DNA of 64,000 bases from Gammaproteobacteria bacterium (GCA_018814405.1 JAHIZO010000005.1:234684-298683), one strand, 5' to 3'; shown: positions 1 through 10,314, counted from the first letter of the stretch. Numbers and translations: made by a program. Notes: a model not told the origin generated them from the sequence alone.

Positions 1-560
1 TCGCGACTGAGGGTGGCGAGGTAGTCATCGAAATGACTGTAACCATTATTTTGCCAATGGAACTGCACGTCTTGCCGCAGCATCATGCCGTGATTCTTGG
101 CGACCTGAATATCGGCATCGTTCAGGAATAGGCAATGCAGTGATGAAACGCCGGTGTCGTGTGCGAACTGCAAGGCATGTTGGATCAGCAAGTTGCGCAC
201 TTCATCCGACTTGGCCAGTAATCGCTGGCCGGTCACCGGCGTGAACGGCACGGCACATACCAGTTTGGGATAGTAGTGAAGTCCATTCCGATGGTAGGCA
301 TCGGCCCACGTGAAATCGAACACGTGTTCGCCGAAGGAGTTTGTCTTGAGATAAAGCGGCATCGCTCCGACGAGTTCTGCGCCCTGCCACAGGGTGATGA
401 ATCGCGCCTGCCAGCCGTACTTGGGCGTGGCGCAGCCGCTTTCTTGAAGGGCTAGGAAGAAGGCATGGGATACAGTCGGGTCGCCATCGGTCAGTCCGTC
501 CCAGTCTTTGGCTGGTATAGCAGATAGATCCTCGATGATTTTGAGGGTGGGCTGAGACAT
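1..560 (-). CDS. GNAT/FemAB-like protein (peptidoglycan biosynthesis/recognition family, DUF482-like); 3' part runs off the window
   Basis: Translated by hand from ATG at 560: MSQPTLKIIEDLSAIPAKDWD...MPLYLKTNSFGEHVFDFTWADAY...YYPKLVCAVPFTPVTGQRLL. Matches the family motifs. Missing from the ORF track because it is open-ended. Confidence 0.8.
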   Translation of the reverse strand, partial: MSQPTLKIIEDLSAIPAKDWDGLTDGDPTVSHAFFLALQESGCATPKYGWQARFITLWQGAELVGAMPLYLKTNSFGEHVFDFTWADAYHRNGLHYYPKLVCAVPFTPVTGQRLLAKSDEVRNLLIQHALQFAHDTGVSSLHCLFLNDADIQVAKNHGMMLRQDVQFHWQNNGYSHFDDYLATLSR

Positions 561-578
561 CGTGTTCAGCTTTTTTCC

Positions 579-1136
579 TTATTTACCCTGCACGACCTGC
601 ACATGCGCTTTGCTCAGCAGCATGAACAGGCGGATCTTGCGCAGCATGGGCCACCAGTCGTAGAGGAATATCTGCATCGGTCGCCACATGGCGACCCAGC
701 CGACGATGGTGAGACTTTCGCGGGCGATGCGGTAACCGGCACCCTCCCCCAGACCGCCGATGTAGTCGGCGGCGACTAGGCAGATGGAGACGAAGACGAT
801 GCCGATGAACAGACTCATGCGGCCTTGCTTGAGCACTTGGTGCAGACGGCGACGGGTCAGTTCAGCTTTGTAGATGAAGTGGTTGTGGATCGCGCTGGTC
901 AACATCGCGGTCGGATCGCCGTCTGCGGGCCACTGTTCCATGTGGATGGTGAGATGGAATCGGCTGTGCAGAGGGTGGGTCGATGCCCAGGATTCGATGA
1001 ATTCGTTGGCGCGGGGATCGAGGTCCTTGTTCAGGAATGGCGTCGGATCCATGGAATTGAACAACTGTGCGGTGTCTTTCACGCGCAGCGCCAGACGATG
1101 GATGGGGGCTTGGCTGCCTGTTCGGGTCATGGGCAC
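579..1136 (-). CDS. Conserved hypothetical protein with two C-terminal transmembrane segments
   Basis: 185-aa ORF co-oriented downstream of hoxY; hydrophobic segments SLFIGIVFVSICLVAA and SLTIVGWVAMWRPMQIFLYDWWP. Confidence 0.65.
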   Translation of the reverse strand: MPMTRTGSQAPIHRLALRVKDTAQLFNSMDPTPFLNKDLDPRANEFIESWASTHPLHSRFHLTIHMEQWPADGDPTAMLTSAIHNHFIYKAELTRRRLHQVLKQGRMSLFIGIVFVSICLVAADYIGGLGEGAGYRIARESLTIVGWVAMWRPMQIFLYDWWPMLRKIRLFMLLSKAHVQVVQGK

Positions 1137-1170
1137 ATCTTTATTGTTGGCGGTTCAGCCTGTTCTGACT

Positions 1171-1710
1171 TCAATCGTAATGGATCAGCCCATGTCCCAG
1201 TTCGGGTGTCTTGCCCGAGATGAGGTCGGTGAGGAACTTCCAGATGGCGTCGCCGGAGGGCGGGCAACCTGGGATGAAGTAATCCACCTTCACCACCTCG
1301 TGCAATGGGTGCACTTTGTCCAGCGGTAGCGGTAGTTCGGGGTCGTTGGGGATGTGGCCGTGTACCAGTCCGGGCTCTGTGAGATAGACCTCGGTCAGGC
1401 AGGCGCTGAGGTCAAGGTGGTTGCGCTGGGCGGGCAAGCCGCCGTTGATGGCGCAGGCGCCGATGGCGATCAGGACTTTGCAGTTCTTGCGGAACTCGCG
1501 CAGCACGTGCACGTTCTCCGCATTGCAGATGCCGCCCTCGACGATGCCGATATCACACGGGCCACAGTGTTTGATGTCGGTGATGGGCGAACGGTCGAAC
1601 TCGACCAGATCGAGCAGAGGGAACAGTCGTTCGTCGATGTCGAGGATGGACATGTGGCAACCGAAGCAGCCCGCCAGCGAGGTGGTGGCGATGCGTAGTT
1701 TTTTGCTCAT
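1171..1710 (-). CDS. hoxY: NAD-reducing [NiFe]-hydrogenase small subunit (delta)
   Basis: LAGCFGCHMS, EGG, GACA and IPGCPP motifs; start MSKKLRI overlaps the hoxU stop. Confidence 0.9.
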   Translation of the reverse strand: MSKKLRIATTSLAGCFGCHMSILDIDERLFPLLDLVEFDRSPITDIKHCGPCDIGIVEGGICNAENVHVLREFRKNCKVLIAIGACAINGGLPAQRNHLDLSACLTEVYLTEPGLVHGHIPNDPELPLPLDKVHPLHEVVKVDYFIPGCPPSGDAIWKFLTDLISGKTPELGHGLIHYD

Positions 1711-2459
1711 GGTGCATCCTCGCAGGCCGCGCAATCCCCTGCGGCATCGGATGGGCGCGGTGCATCCAGCAATGCCTGTGCGCTGATGGGGCTTTCGTCG
1801 TAGCGGCGTTCGCCGATGGGCTGGCTAAAGCCGACACGTTTTTTCAGGATGACGCCGACCGGGCAGACTTGCATGGCTTTGTCGGTGAGCGCGATGTTGG
1901 AGTCCTTCAGCTGGCCGGATTCCGCATTCACGATCAGGTGTTTGGTATCTCCCCGCCCTGCCAGGGCGAACACGTTCTTGCCGTCCACTTCGCTGGAGGC
2001 ACGCACGCACAGTTCGCACAGGATGCAGCGATTGAAGTCGAGCAGGATGTCGGGATGCGAGGCGTCCAGCGGTCGGTCGGGATACTGGTGGCGAAATCCG
2101 GCGGTGTGCACTTCAAGGTCGTAACCCAATGCCTGCAACATACAGTTGCCGCTCTTTTCGCACGAGGGACAGAAATGGTTGCCTTCGGCGAACAGCATTT
2201 TCACCAGTGTGCGGCGCAAGGCGTTGATCTCTTCGATCTCGCTTTCCACTTCCAGTCCGGCCTCGGCGGGCATGGTGCAAGATGCCATGGTGCGACCGTT
2301 GACCTTGACCGTGCACAGCTTGCAACTGCCGTGTGGCTTGAATTCCGGGTGATAGCACAAGTGCGGGATGTAATGGTCGGCAGCCAGTGCCGCCTGCATC
2401 ACGGTCTGGCCCGGTTCGAACGGGACGGTTGCGCCGTCTAACTGGAAGGTATCAGTCAT
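1707..2459 (-). CDS. hoxU: NAD-reducing hydrogenase diaphorase Fe-S subunit (gamma)
   Basis: IPHLC..GSCKLC (2Fe-2S), HFCPSCEKSGNC, CILCELC..VCPVG. Confidence 0.9.
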   Translation of the reverse strand: MTDTFQLDGATVPFEPGQTVMQAALAADHYIPHLCYHPEFKPHGSCKLCTVKVNGRTMASCTMPAEAGLEVESEIEEINALRRTLVKMLFAEGNHFCPSCEKSGNCMLQALGYDLEVHTAGFRHQYPDRPLDASHPDILLDFNRCILCELCVRASSEVDGKNVFALAGRGDTKHLIVNAESGQLKDSNIALTDKAMQVCPVGVILKKRVGFSQPIGERRYDESPISAQALLDAPRPSDAAGDCAACEDAP

Positions 2460-4288
2460 TCGCTTTCCTTCAGGTGTGCTCCGGCATCGTCGCGTCCGGT
2501 CATTTGTCGGGCGCGGGCCAGTGCGCCGTCGAGGTCGAAGGCGGGTTCGAAATCCAAAGACTTCAAGCGTGATTCATAGGCCGGGCGGAAATGTTTAAGG
2601 GTGTGCAGCACCGGATTGCAGGCGGTGCGTCCGAGGCCGCAGTGTGAGGTGGTCTGCAGCACATGGTCCAGATTCTCGATCTCGGTCAGGTCATGCTGGG
2701 TGCCGTGTCCGGCAGCGACTTTATCCATGGTCTGCTTCAGCATAGAGGTGCCGACGCGGCATGGTGTGCAGAAGCCGCAGCTCTCATGGGCGAAGAAATG
2801 TACGAAGTTACGCGCCACCTCGAACATGTCGCGGCTGTCGTCGAACACCATGAAGGCTCCCGCGGTGGGCAGGTCTTCGAAGCCCAGTTTGCGGTCGAAC
2901 TCGTGTTCGCCGATGCAGATGCCGGACGGCCCGCTGACCTGCACGGCGCGCGTGTTGACCGCGCCGCAGTCGGTGAGGATCTGGCGCACGGTGACGCCGA
3001 AGGGATATTCATAGATACCGGGGCTGGCGCAGTCGCCAGATACGGAGATGAGTTTGCTGCCGCTGGATTTTTCGGTGCCGATGGCGCGATAGGCTGCCGC
3101 GCCCATGTGCATGGCCATCACGGCTTGGCAGAAGGTCTCGACGTTATCCACGGCGGTGGGTTGTTGCAGATAACCGTGGGTGACGGGGAATGGTGGACGG
3201 TTGCGCGGTACGCCGCGCTTGCCTTCCAGTGATTCGATGAGGGCGGATTCTTCACCGCAGATATAGGCACCGGCGCCGAGATGGATCTCGATATCGAAAT
3301 CGAAGCCCTGTTCGCCTAGGATGTTCTCGCCCAGCAATTCGCTATCGCGGCGGCGTTGCAACACCCCCTGCAAGTGACTCAGCAGGTAGCGGTATTCGCC
3401 GCGCAGGTAGAGGAAACCCTTCTTCGCGCCGACAGCACGGGCGCACAAGGTCATGCCTTCGAACACCAGATCGGGATGGCGCGTCAGCAACACGCGATCC
3501 TTGAAGGTGCCGGGTTCGCCTTCGTCGGCGTTGCACACCACGTAATGCGCGTCCCCTTCGGCATTGCTGCATGCTTCCCATTTCATACCTGTGGGGAAAC
3601 CCGCCCCGCCGCGGCCGCGCAGGTTGGAATCCTTGATGGTGCTGATGATCGTTTCGGGCGTGATGGTCTTGGTAGTTTGCAACACTTCGCCATAGGCGAG
3701 TTTGTTATCCAATATCAATCCGCCACGGCGGATGTTGTTCTCAATCTTGAAATAGTCAGCGGGCCATTCAGCGACAGGTGTGCGGTTGCGGATCAGCTGG
3801 CCGATCTCTTGTATGCGCTGCGAACTGAGTCGGGTGATGGCATGGCCGTTGACTAGCATCGCCGGGCCTTGGTCGCACATGCCGGTGCATGAAGTGGTGT
3901 TGATGGTGAGCAGTCCGTCTTCCGAGACCTTGCCGGGCTGCAGCCACAGTTGGCGGCACATCTGTTCCATCAGATCCTGATTGCCCAGCATGCGGTCGGT
4001 GATGTTGTCTGAGAACAGCACGCGATATTCGCCGACGGGCTTCAGGTGCAGGAAGGAATAGAAGGAGGCGACGCTTTCGATGCGCGCGCGCGGGATGTCC
4101 AGTGTGGCGGCGATATAGGAAGCAGCATCGGCCGGGATGTAACCCGCACAGGCCTGTACTTCAATCAGTAGCTGCAGGAGATTAGTCTTTTCGCCGCAAT
4201 GTCTTGCGACGATCTCATGCAAGTCTGCATGAAGATCACATCGGGGCGATTCACCGTAAATCGGGTTGGCATCTGGTAGCATATGCAC
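2456..4288 (-). CDS. hoxF: NAD-reducing hydrogenase diaphorase flavin subunit (alpha), NuoE+NuoF-like
   Basis: LRGRGGAGFPTG, NADEGEPGTFKDR, GAGAYICGEESAL, ESCGFCTPCR; exact start codon uncertain. Confidence 0.92.
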   Translation of the reverse strand: MHMLPDANPIYGESPRCDLHADLHEIVARHCGEKTNLLQLLIEVQACAGYIPADAASYIAATLDIPRARIESVASFYSFLHLKPVGEYRVLFSDNITDRMLGNQDLMEQMCRQLWLQPGKVSEDGLLTINTTSCTGMCDQGPAMLVNGHAITRLSSQRIQEIGQLIRNRTPVAEWPADYFKIENNIRRGGLILDNKLAYGEVLQTTKTITPETIISTIKDSNLRGRGGAGFPTGMKWEACSNAEGDAHYVVCNADEGEPGTFKDRVLLTRHPDLVFEGMTLCARAVGAKKGFLYLRGEYRYLLSHLQGVLQRRRDSELLGENILGEQGFDFDIEIHLGAGAYICGEESALIESLEGKRGVPRNRPPFPVTHGYLQQPTAVDNVETFCQAVMAMHMGAAAYRAIGTEKSSGSKLISVSGDCASPGIYEYPFGVTVRQILTDCGAVNTRAVQVSGPSGICIGEHEFDRKLGFEDLPTAGAFMVFDDSRDMFEVARNFVHFFAHESCGFCTPCRVGTSMLKQTMDKVAAGHGTQHDLTEIENLDHVLQTTSHCGLGRTACNPVLHTLKHFRPAYESRLKSLDFEPAFDLDGALARARQMTGRDDAGAHLKESE

Positions 4289-4420
4289 CGCTTCTTCGTT
4301 GGGTTGACCGCAATCATCTGACGAAGTCGTCAGGCACGATTATGAAGCAATATCCACATCGTTTCGAATCTTTATAGCGCGGGTTGAAAGACTGGCCTGA
4401 TTCATTAATTCGCACCCGGA

Positions 4421-6415
4421 ATGTTAAGCAAACTCAATCCCACCCAACGCGCTGCTGTCAAACATCTGGGCTCGCCTCTGCTAGTGCTGGCCGGTGCGGG
4501 CAGCGGCAAGACCGGCGTGATCACGCACAAGATCGCCTATCTGATCAACGAGTGCGGCTATCCGGCACGCAATGTCGCGGCCATCACCTTCACCAACAAG
4601 GCGGCCAACGAGATGAAGGAGCGCGTGGGAAAGTTGTTGGGTGGGCGCGAGGCAAAGGGGCTGACCATCAGCACCTTCCATGCGCTGGGCATGCAGATCC
4701 TGCGTGAGGAAGCGGCACACATCGGCTACAAAAAACAATTCTCCATCTTCGATACCGCAGACACAGGCAAGATCATCAGTGAGTTGCTGGGTAGCCCGGA
4801 CAAGCAGGAGATCCGCACCGCGCAGAGCGTGATGTCGAACTGGAAAGCGGCCTTCCTCACCCCGGCGCAGGCGCAGAGTCTGGCCGAGGACGAGGATCAG
4901 CAGCGTCTCGCCCTGCTCTATCAGCGCTATCAGGAGACGCTACGCGCCTATCAGTCGGTGGATTTCGACGACCTGATCCGACTGCCGGTAGAGCTGTTTC
5001 AGACGAATGTCGAGGTGGCGGAACGCTGGCAGCACCGCTTCCGCTATCTGCTGGTGGACGAATATCAGGACACCAACGATTGCCAGTATCGGATGATGAA
5101 GCTGCTTGCGGGCGACCGCGCAGCGATCACTGCCGTGGGCGACGATGACCAAGCCATCTATGCCTGGCGCGGCGCGAGCACGGCCAATCTGAGCAACCTG
5201 CAGAAGGACTACCCGAGCTTGCAGGTGATCAAGCTGGAGCAGAACTACCGCTCTTCACAGCGCATCCTGCACAGTGCCAACCAGTTGATCAAGCACAACA
5301 CCAAGCTGTTTGAAAAGAAGCTGTGGAGTGAGCACGGCCCCGGCGATCAGGTGCGCGTGTTCGCAGCCAAGGACGAGGAGAACGAGGCGGAATCAGTGGT
5401 GCTGCGCCTGCTGGCGCACAAGTTCGAACACCGTACGCGCTTCGCCGATTACGCCATCCTGTATCGCAGCAACCATCTGTCGCGCGTGTTCGAACAACAG
5501 TTGCGTACGCACAAAGTGCCTTACACGGTGAGCGGCGGCACTTCGTTCTTCGACCATGCCGAGATCAAGGACCTGACCGCCTACCTGCGCCTGATCGCCA
5601 ATCCTGACGACGATCCGGCCTTCATTCGTGCCATCACCACGCCCAAGCGCGGCGTCGGCAACAGTACGCTGGAGAAACTGGCGACGCATGCCGGCACGCG
5701 CCACATCAGCCTGTTCGAGGCGGCTTTCGAGCCGGTCATGGCAGAGCAGTTACAGCCGCGCCAGCACGAAGACCTGATCACATTCTGCAACTTCATCAAC
5801 CGCATGCAGTCGCGCGCCGACAAGGAGCCGTGCAACGAGGTGATGAACGATCTGCTGGAAGCCATCGACTACGAGACCTGGCTGTTTGATAGCTTCGAGC
5901 CGAAACAGGCAGAGAACAAATGGAAGAACGTGCAGGATTTCACGGGCTGGATGAATCGCAAGTCCGAAGAAGACGATAAGAACATGATCGCGATGACGCA
6001 GTTGATCGCCTTGCTCAACTTGCTCGAATCGCGCGATCAGGATACGGATGCGGTGTCGCTCTCCACGCTGCATGCCTCCAAAGGCTTGGAGTACGGCCAT
6101 GTGTATCTGGTGGGCGTGGAAGAAGGCATCTTGCCGCATGAGCGCAGCGAGGAGCCGGAACAGATTGAGGAAGAACGCCGCCTGATGTATGTCGGTATCA
6201 CCCGTGCGCAGCGCTCCTTGCAGATCAGCTATTGCACGCGGCGCAAGCGCGGCAAGGAGTCGGCCGGATGCGATCCGAGCCGCTTCATAGCCGAGTTGCC
6301 GCAGGACGATATCGTCTTCGCCGGTGTGATGCAGGTCGGCAGTGCACCCGCGGTGAGCAAGTCGGAAGGCATGGATAAGTTGGCTAAATTGAAAGCGATG
6401 CTGGGAACAGCCTGA
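4421..6415 (+). CDS. rep: ATP-dependent DNA helicase Rep
   Basis: LAGAGSGKT, TFTNKAA, LVDEYQDTN, VGDDDQAIY, LEQNYRS, EERRLMYVGITRA; 664 aa. Confidence 0.9.
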   Translation: MLSKLNPTQRAAVKHLGSPLLVLAGAGSGKTGVITHKIAYLINECGYPARNVAAITFTNKAANEMKERVGKLLGGREAKGLTISTFHALGMQILREEAAHIGYKKQFSIFDTADTGKIISELLGSPDKQEIRTAQSVMSNWKAAFLTPAQAQSLAEDEDQQRLALLYQRYQETLRAYQSVDFDDLIRLPVELFQTNVEVAERWQHRFRYLLVDEYQDTNDCQYRMMKLLAGDRAAITAVGDDDQAIYAWRGASTANLSNLQKDYPSLQVIKLEQNYRSSQRILHSANQLIKHNTKLFEKKLWSEHGPGDQVRVFAAKDEENEAESVVLRLLAHKFEHRTRFADYAILYRSNHLSRVFEQQLRTHKVPYTVSGGTSFFDHAEIKDLTAYLRLIANPDDDPAFIRAITTPKRGVGNSTLEKLATHAGTRHISLFEAAFEPVMAEQLQPRQHEDLITFCNFINRMQSRADKEPCNEVMNDLLEAIDYETWLFDSFEPKQAENKWKNVQDFTGWMNRKSEEDDKNMIAMTQLIALLNLLESRDQDTDAVSLSTLHASKGLEYGHVYLVGVEEGILPHERSEEPEQIEEERRLMYVGITRAQRSLQISYCTRRKRGKESAGCDPSRFIAELPQDDIVFAGVMQVGSAPAVSKSEGMDKLAKLKAMLGTA

Positions 6416-6487
6416 CACGGAACACTGTCAAATTCCGGTAAACTGCGTCTGTTCCAATAACAAACAGATCACTCCGGATATTTACCT

Positions 6488-7654
6488 ATGAAGATCGCAA
6501 TCGCCGGCACCGGCTACGTCGGACTTTCCAACGCCATCCTGTTGGCCCAACATAACGAGGTCGTCGCGCTCGACATCATCGCCGAGAAGGTGGAGATGCT
6601 GAACCGCAAGCAGTCGCCCATCGAAGACGTCGAGATCGAAGACTATTTGCAGCACAAGACGCTGAATTTCCGCGCCACGATGAACAAGGCGGATGCCTAC
6701 ACCGGTGCCGACTACGTCATCATCGCCACGCCGACCGATTACGATCCCGAGACCAACTACTTCAACACCCGCTCCATCGAAGCGGTGATCCAGGACGTGA
6801 TGGCCATCAACCCCAAGGCGGTGATGATCATCAAATCCACCGTCCCGGTGGGCTACACAGTCAAAGCGCGCGAGCAGTTCAACTGCGACAATCTGATTTT
6901 TTCGCCCGAGTTCCTGCGCGAAGGCCGCGCACTGCACGACAACCTGTATCCTTCCCGCATCGTCATCGGCGAGCGCTCCAAGCGGGCTGAGACCTTCGCC
7001 GGATTGTTGCAGCAAGGTGCAGTGAAGCAAAATATCGACACCCTGTTCACCGATTCCACCGAAGCTGAAGCGATCAAGCTGTTCGCCAATACCTATCTGG
7101 CCATGCGTGTCGCCTACTTCAACGAGTTGGACACCTATGCCGCCACGCACGGACTGGATACTTTGCAGATCATCAAGGGCGTCAGCCTCGACCCGCGCAT
7201 CGGCGACCACTACAACAATCCTTCCTTCGGCTATGGTGGTTACTGCCTGCCCAAGGACACCAAACAGCTTTTGGCGAACTACAGCGATGTGCCGCAGAAT
7301 CTGATCCACGCCATCGTCGAGGCCAATACCACGCGCAAGGACTTCATCGCCTTCGACATCCTCAAACGCCATCCCAAGGTGGTCGGTATCCATAGACTGG
7401 TGATGAAAGCCGGATCGGACAATTTCCGCTCGAGCAGCATTCAGGGCATCATGAAGCGCATCAAGGCCAAGGGCATTGAAGTGATCGTGTATGAACCTGC
7501 GTTGAAGGAAGATAATTTCTTCCATTCGCGTGTGGTCAACGATCTTGAACAATTCAAGCGCGAGGCAGATGTGATTGTGGCCAACCGTGTGACGGATGAC
7601 ATCCAAGATGTGGCGAACAAAGTCTATAGCCGCGATCTTTTTGGTAAGGATTAA
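6488..7654 (+). CDS. ugd: UDP-glucose 6-dehydrogenase
   Basis: GTGYVG Rossmann motif, [18 protein letters not shown]. Confidence 0.93.
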   Translation: MKIAIAGTGYVGLSNAILLAQHNEVVALDIIAEKVEMLNRKQSPIEDVEIEDYLQHKTLNFRATMNKADAYTGADYVIIATPTDYDPETNYFNTRSIEAVIQDVMAINPKAVMIIKSTVPVGYTVKAREQFNCDNLIFSPEFLREGRALHDNLYPSRIVIGERSKRAETFAGLLQQGAVKQNIDTLFTDSTEAEAIKLFANTYLAMRVAYFNELDTYAATHGLDTLQIIKGVSLDPRIGDHYNNPSFGYGGYCLPKDTKQLLANYSDVPQNLIHAIVEANTTRKDFIAFDILKRHPKVVGIHRLVMKAGSDNFRSSSIQGIMKRIKAKGIEVIVYEPALKEDNFFHSRVVNDLEQFKREADVIVANRVTDDIQDVANKVYSRDLFGKD

Positions 7655-7735
7655 TAGCCTGATTTATAGCAAGGATATTGATGCATCGAAAACTGGTAGC
7701 ATGCAGCTAGCGGAAAATAACAACGAGAAAACAAG

Positions 7736-9244
7736 TTGAATCCCCTATCTATCCGCTCCAGCGGTATTTTGTTGCACCCCACCTCTCTCCCCGGTCCTCA
7801 CGGCTGTGGTGACTTCGGTCAGGAAGCGTATCGCTTCGTCGATTGGTTGGTCGGAACCGGTCAATCACTCTGGCAGATGCTGCCATTGGGTGAAGTCGGT
7901 CCGGGCAACTCTCCCTATATGAGCAGCTCGGCGTTTGCCGGCAATATCATGCTGATCGACTTGCTCGCGCTCGCCGAGCATAAATGGCTATCTCAGGATG
8001 AGCTGGCCGTTACTCCCGCCTTTTTGGATTCACACGTTGACTATCAGGTCGTCACTGCCTTCAAGTTAGGCATGCTGCGTTTGGCTGCGACTCGCTTCTT
8101 TGCCCTGCCGGGAAAGCGCTTGGGCGATTCTTATGCGGCTTTCTGCGAGCGTGAAAAGCACTGGCTGGATGATTTTGCGCTGTTCAAGGCGCTGTGGGCG
8201 CATGAATCATGGCGTGACTGGTCTGAATGGCCGGAAGAACTGGTCAAACGCAATCCCAAGGCGTTGAGCAAAGCGGCCAAGCAACATGCCGATGAGATCG
8301 CGTTCTGGAAGTTCTGCCAATGGTGTTTCGATACACAATGGAAGGCACTCAGAAAGTACGCCAACGAGCGAGGAGTCCATCTGGTGGGTGATGTGCCCAT
8401 CTTCGTGGCATATCAGAGTGCGGACGTTTGGGCGCATCAGGAGCTGTTCGAACTGGATGAGAATGGCCGACCTACAATTGTGGCTGGCGTACCACCGGAT
8501 TACTTCAGCGCAACCGGTCAGTTGTGGGGCAATCCCCTCTATCGCTGGTCCACCCACCAGGAGACTGGTTACGCGTGGTGGATTGCGCGATTGCGCCACG
8601 CATTCAAGTTGTTCGATCTGGTACGTGTCGATCATTTCCGGGGCTTTGCGGATTACTGGGCGATCCCTGCGGATGCGGCGAACGCCATTGACGGAGAATG
8701 GAGGCCGGGCCCAGGTGCCGCAATATTTGAGGCGCTACTCGGTGCATTCAAAGAGCTCCCTATCATTGCTGAAGATCTGGGCATGATCACCGATGAGGTG
8801 ATCGCCCTGCGTGACCAGTTCGATCTGCCAGGAATGCGTATCCTGCAATTCGCCTTCGGCGAAGATGAACGTAACCATTTCCTGCCGCATCACTACACGG
8901 CGAATTCGGTCGCCTATACCGGTACGCATGACAACGACACCAGTGTCGGTTGGTGGCATTCGGTATCGGAGCACGAACGGAATTTTGCGCAAAGCTACTT
9001 GCGTACGGATGGGCAAGATATCAATTGGGAGATGATGAGTGCGCTCTCGGCTTCTGCTGCCAATGCGGTGATCTTCCCCCTGCAAGATGTATTGGGGCTG
9101 GATAGTTCGCATCGCATGAACATGCCGGGGACCGGAAACGGAAATTGGGAATGGCGCCTCACTCCTGAACAGATCGCATCATGCGACAGCGCTAGACTGG
9201 CGGGACTCACCAACAGAGACAAGCGTAACCCGCGTCTGGTGTGA
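7736..9244 (+). CDS. malQ: 4-alpha-glucanotransferase (GH77)
   Basis: GILLHPTSLPG, GVPPDYFSATGQLWGNP, RVDHFRG, AEDLG, YTGTHDNDT. Confidence 0.93.
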   Translation: MNPLSIRSSGILLHPTSLPGPHGCGDFGQEAYRFVDWLVGTGQSLWQMLPLGEVGPGNSPYMSSSAFAGNIMLIDLLALAEHKWLSQDELAVTPAFLDSHVDYQVVTAFKLGMLRLAATRFFALPGKRLGDSYAAFCEREKHWLDDFALFKALWAHESWRDWSEWPEELVKRNPKALSKAAKQHADEIAFWKFCQWCFDTQWKALRKYANERGVHLVGDVPIFVAYQSADVWAHQELFELDENGRPTIVAGVPPDYFSATGQLWGNPLYRWSTHQETGYAWWIARLRHAFKLFDLVRVDHFRGFADYWAIPADAANAIDGEWRPGPGAAIFEALLGAFKELPIIAEDLGMITDEVIALRDQFDLPGMRILQFAFGEDERNHFLPHHYTANSVAYTGTHDNDTSVGWWHSVSEHERNFAQSYLRTDGQDINWEMMSALSASAANAVIFPLQDVLGLDSSHRMNMPGTGNGNWEWRLTPEQIASCDSARLAGLTNRDKRNPRLV

Positions 9245-9261
9245 GATAGGTCGGATAAAAC

Positions 9262-9294
9262 AAAAAGGTTGAATCGCGAGATTCAACCTTTTTT
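9262..9294. terminator. Bidirectional intrinsic terminator between malQ and HU
   Basis: AAAAAGGTTGAATC-GCGA-GATTCAACCTTTTTT hairpin between convergent genes. Confidence 0.8.
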
Positions 9295-9352
9295 AATTCC
9301 TACAAGTGCGGCGCTGATGAATGCATCAGCGCCGCATTGTCTTTTGGAGAGA

Positions 9353-9637
9353 TTACTTCTTGCCGCCGTTCACTGCAGCTTTCAGTGTAGCGCCAGCCTT
9401 GAATGCTGGAGCCTTGGAAGCTTTGATCTTCAGCTCTGCGCCAGTCGCAGGGTTGCGGCCAGTGCGTGCTGCGCGCTTGCGAACTTCGAATGTACCGAAG
9501 CCAACCAATGCAACGTTGTCGCCCTTTTTCAGTGTGCTTGTGATGATCTCGATCAGTGCTGCGATGTTGCGATCTGCGTCAGCCTTGCTGCTGCCTGTCT
9601 TTGCGGAAAGTGCATCAATCAGTTCTTTACGGTTCAT
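9353..9637 (-). CDS. hupB: DNA-binding protein HU
   Basis: GFGTF..RAARTGRNPATG..PAFKAG; 94 aa. Confidence 0.9.
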   Translation of the reverse strand: MNRKELIDALSAKTGSSKADADRNIAALIEIITSTLKKGDNVALVGFGTFEVRKRAARTGRNPATGAELKIKASKAPAFKAGATLKAAVNGGKK

Positions 9638-9830
9638 ACGTTTCTCCTTTAGTTATCGGGTGGAATCAACTCCGAGGCGGATTGTTCTAGATATTGTCAG
9701 CTTTTGCAATAGGAAAAAATATATAGGCCGAAAAAATGTCCGATTGTTGATATTCCCCGCCACGTATGGGTAAAAAGGGGTATGGGGGCGGAATAGTTTC
9801 AAGTATCGGATTCTGAAACTACTTTTTGTT

Positions 9831-9919
9831 TGGTGCCCGGAGCCGGAATCGAACCGGCACAGAGGTTACCCTCCGAGGGATTTTAAGTCCCTTGTGTCTA
9901 CCAGTTTCACCATCCGGGC
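9831..9919 (-). tRNA. tRNA-Leu(UAA)
   Basis: GCCCGGATGGTGAAACTGGTAGACACAAGGGACTTAAAATCCC...GGTTCGATTCCGGCTCCGGGCACCA; long variable arm. Confidence 0.95.
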
Positions 9920-9971
9920 TGGCGACGTAAAAAAATCAGCGGGGATTTTTTAATGATGCGATGGGGCGCGC

Positions 9972-10000
9972 ATTATACATACGCAAAATCTATACGTGAA
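9972..10000 (-). promoter_or_regulatory. Sigma70 promoter for tRNA-Leu
   Basis: TTCACG-N17-TATAAT followed by GC-rich discriminator GCGCGCCCC. Confidence 0.6.
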
Positions 10001-10057
10001 AGTGTGAATATTTTTCACCTCAAATCGCATCAAAGTGAAATTTTTTTCGCATCTTTG

Positions 10058-10085
10058 TTGACACAAAAATCTTTCTCCATATAAT
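10058..10085 (+). promoter_or_regulatory. Sigma70 promoter for tRNA-Gly/Cys
   Basis: TTGACA-N16-TATAAT followed by GCGCACC discriminator; AT-rich UP-like region upstream. Confidence 0.8.
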
Positions 10086-10101
10086 GCGCACCTTCTCTTC
10101 T

Positions 10102-10177
<76 letters not shown>

Positions 10178-10227
10178 AATTTCCGGGAAAGCAATAAAAT
10201 GCTTTCCCGTGTTTTTTTAAGTCACGC

Positions 10228-10301
10228 GGCGCGATAGCAAAGCGGTTATGCAGCGGATTGCAAATCCGTTTAGCCCAGTTCGACTCTGGGTCGCGCCTCC
10301 A
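10228..10301 (+). tRNA. tRNA-Cys(GCA)
   Basis: GGCGCGATAGCAAAGCGGTTATGCAGCGGATTGCAAATCCGTTTAGCCCAGTTCGACTCTGGGTCGCGCCTCCA. Confidence 0.95.
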
Positions 10302-10314
10302 CTCTCCTTCTGTC

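Noticed and set aside
2456-4288. Loss of the first Cys pair in the NuoE-like domain of HoxF as a novelty
   Set aside because: A degenerate 2Fe-2S site in this domain is already known for Cupriavidus-type HoxF.
7736-9244. Lone malQ as an unusual system
   Set aside because: Stand-alone GH77 genes are common in glycogen-storing bacteria; nothing nearby suggests a new pathway.
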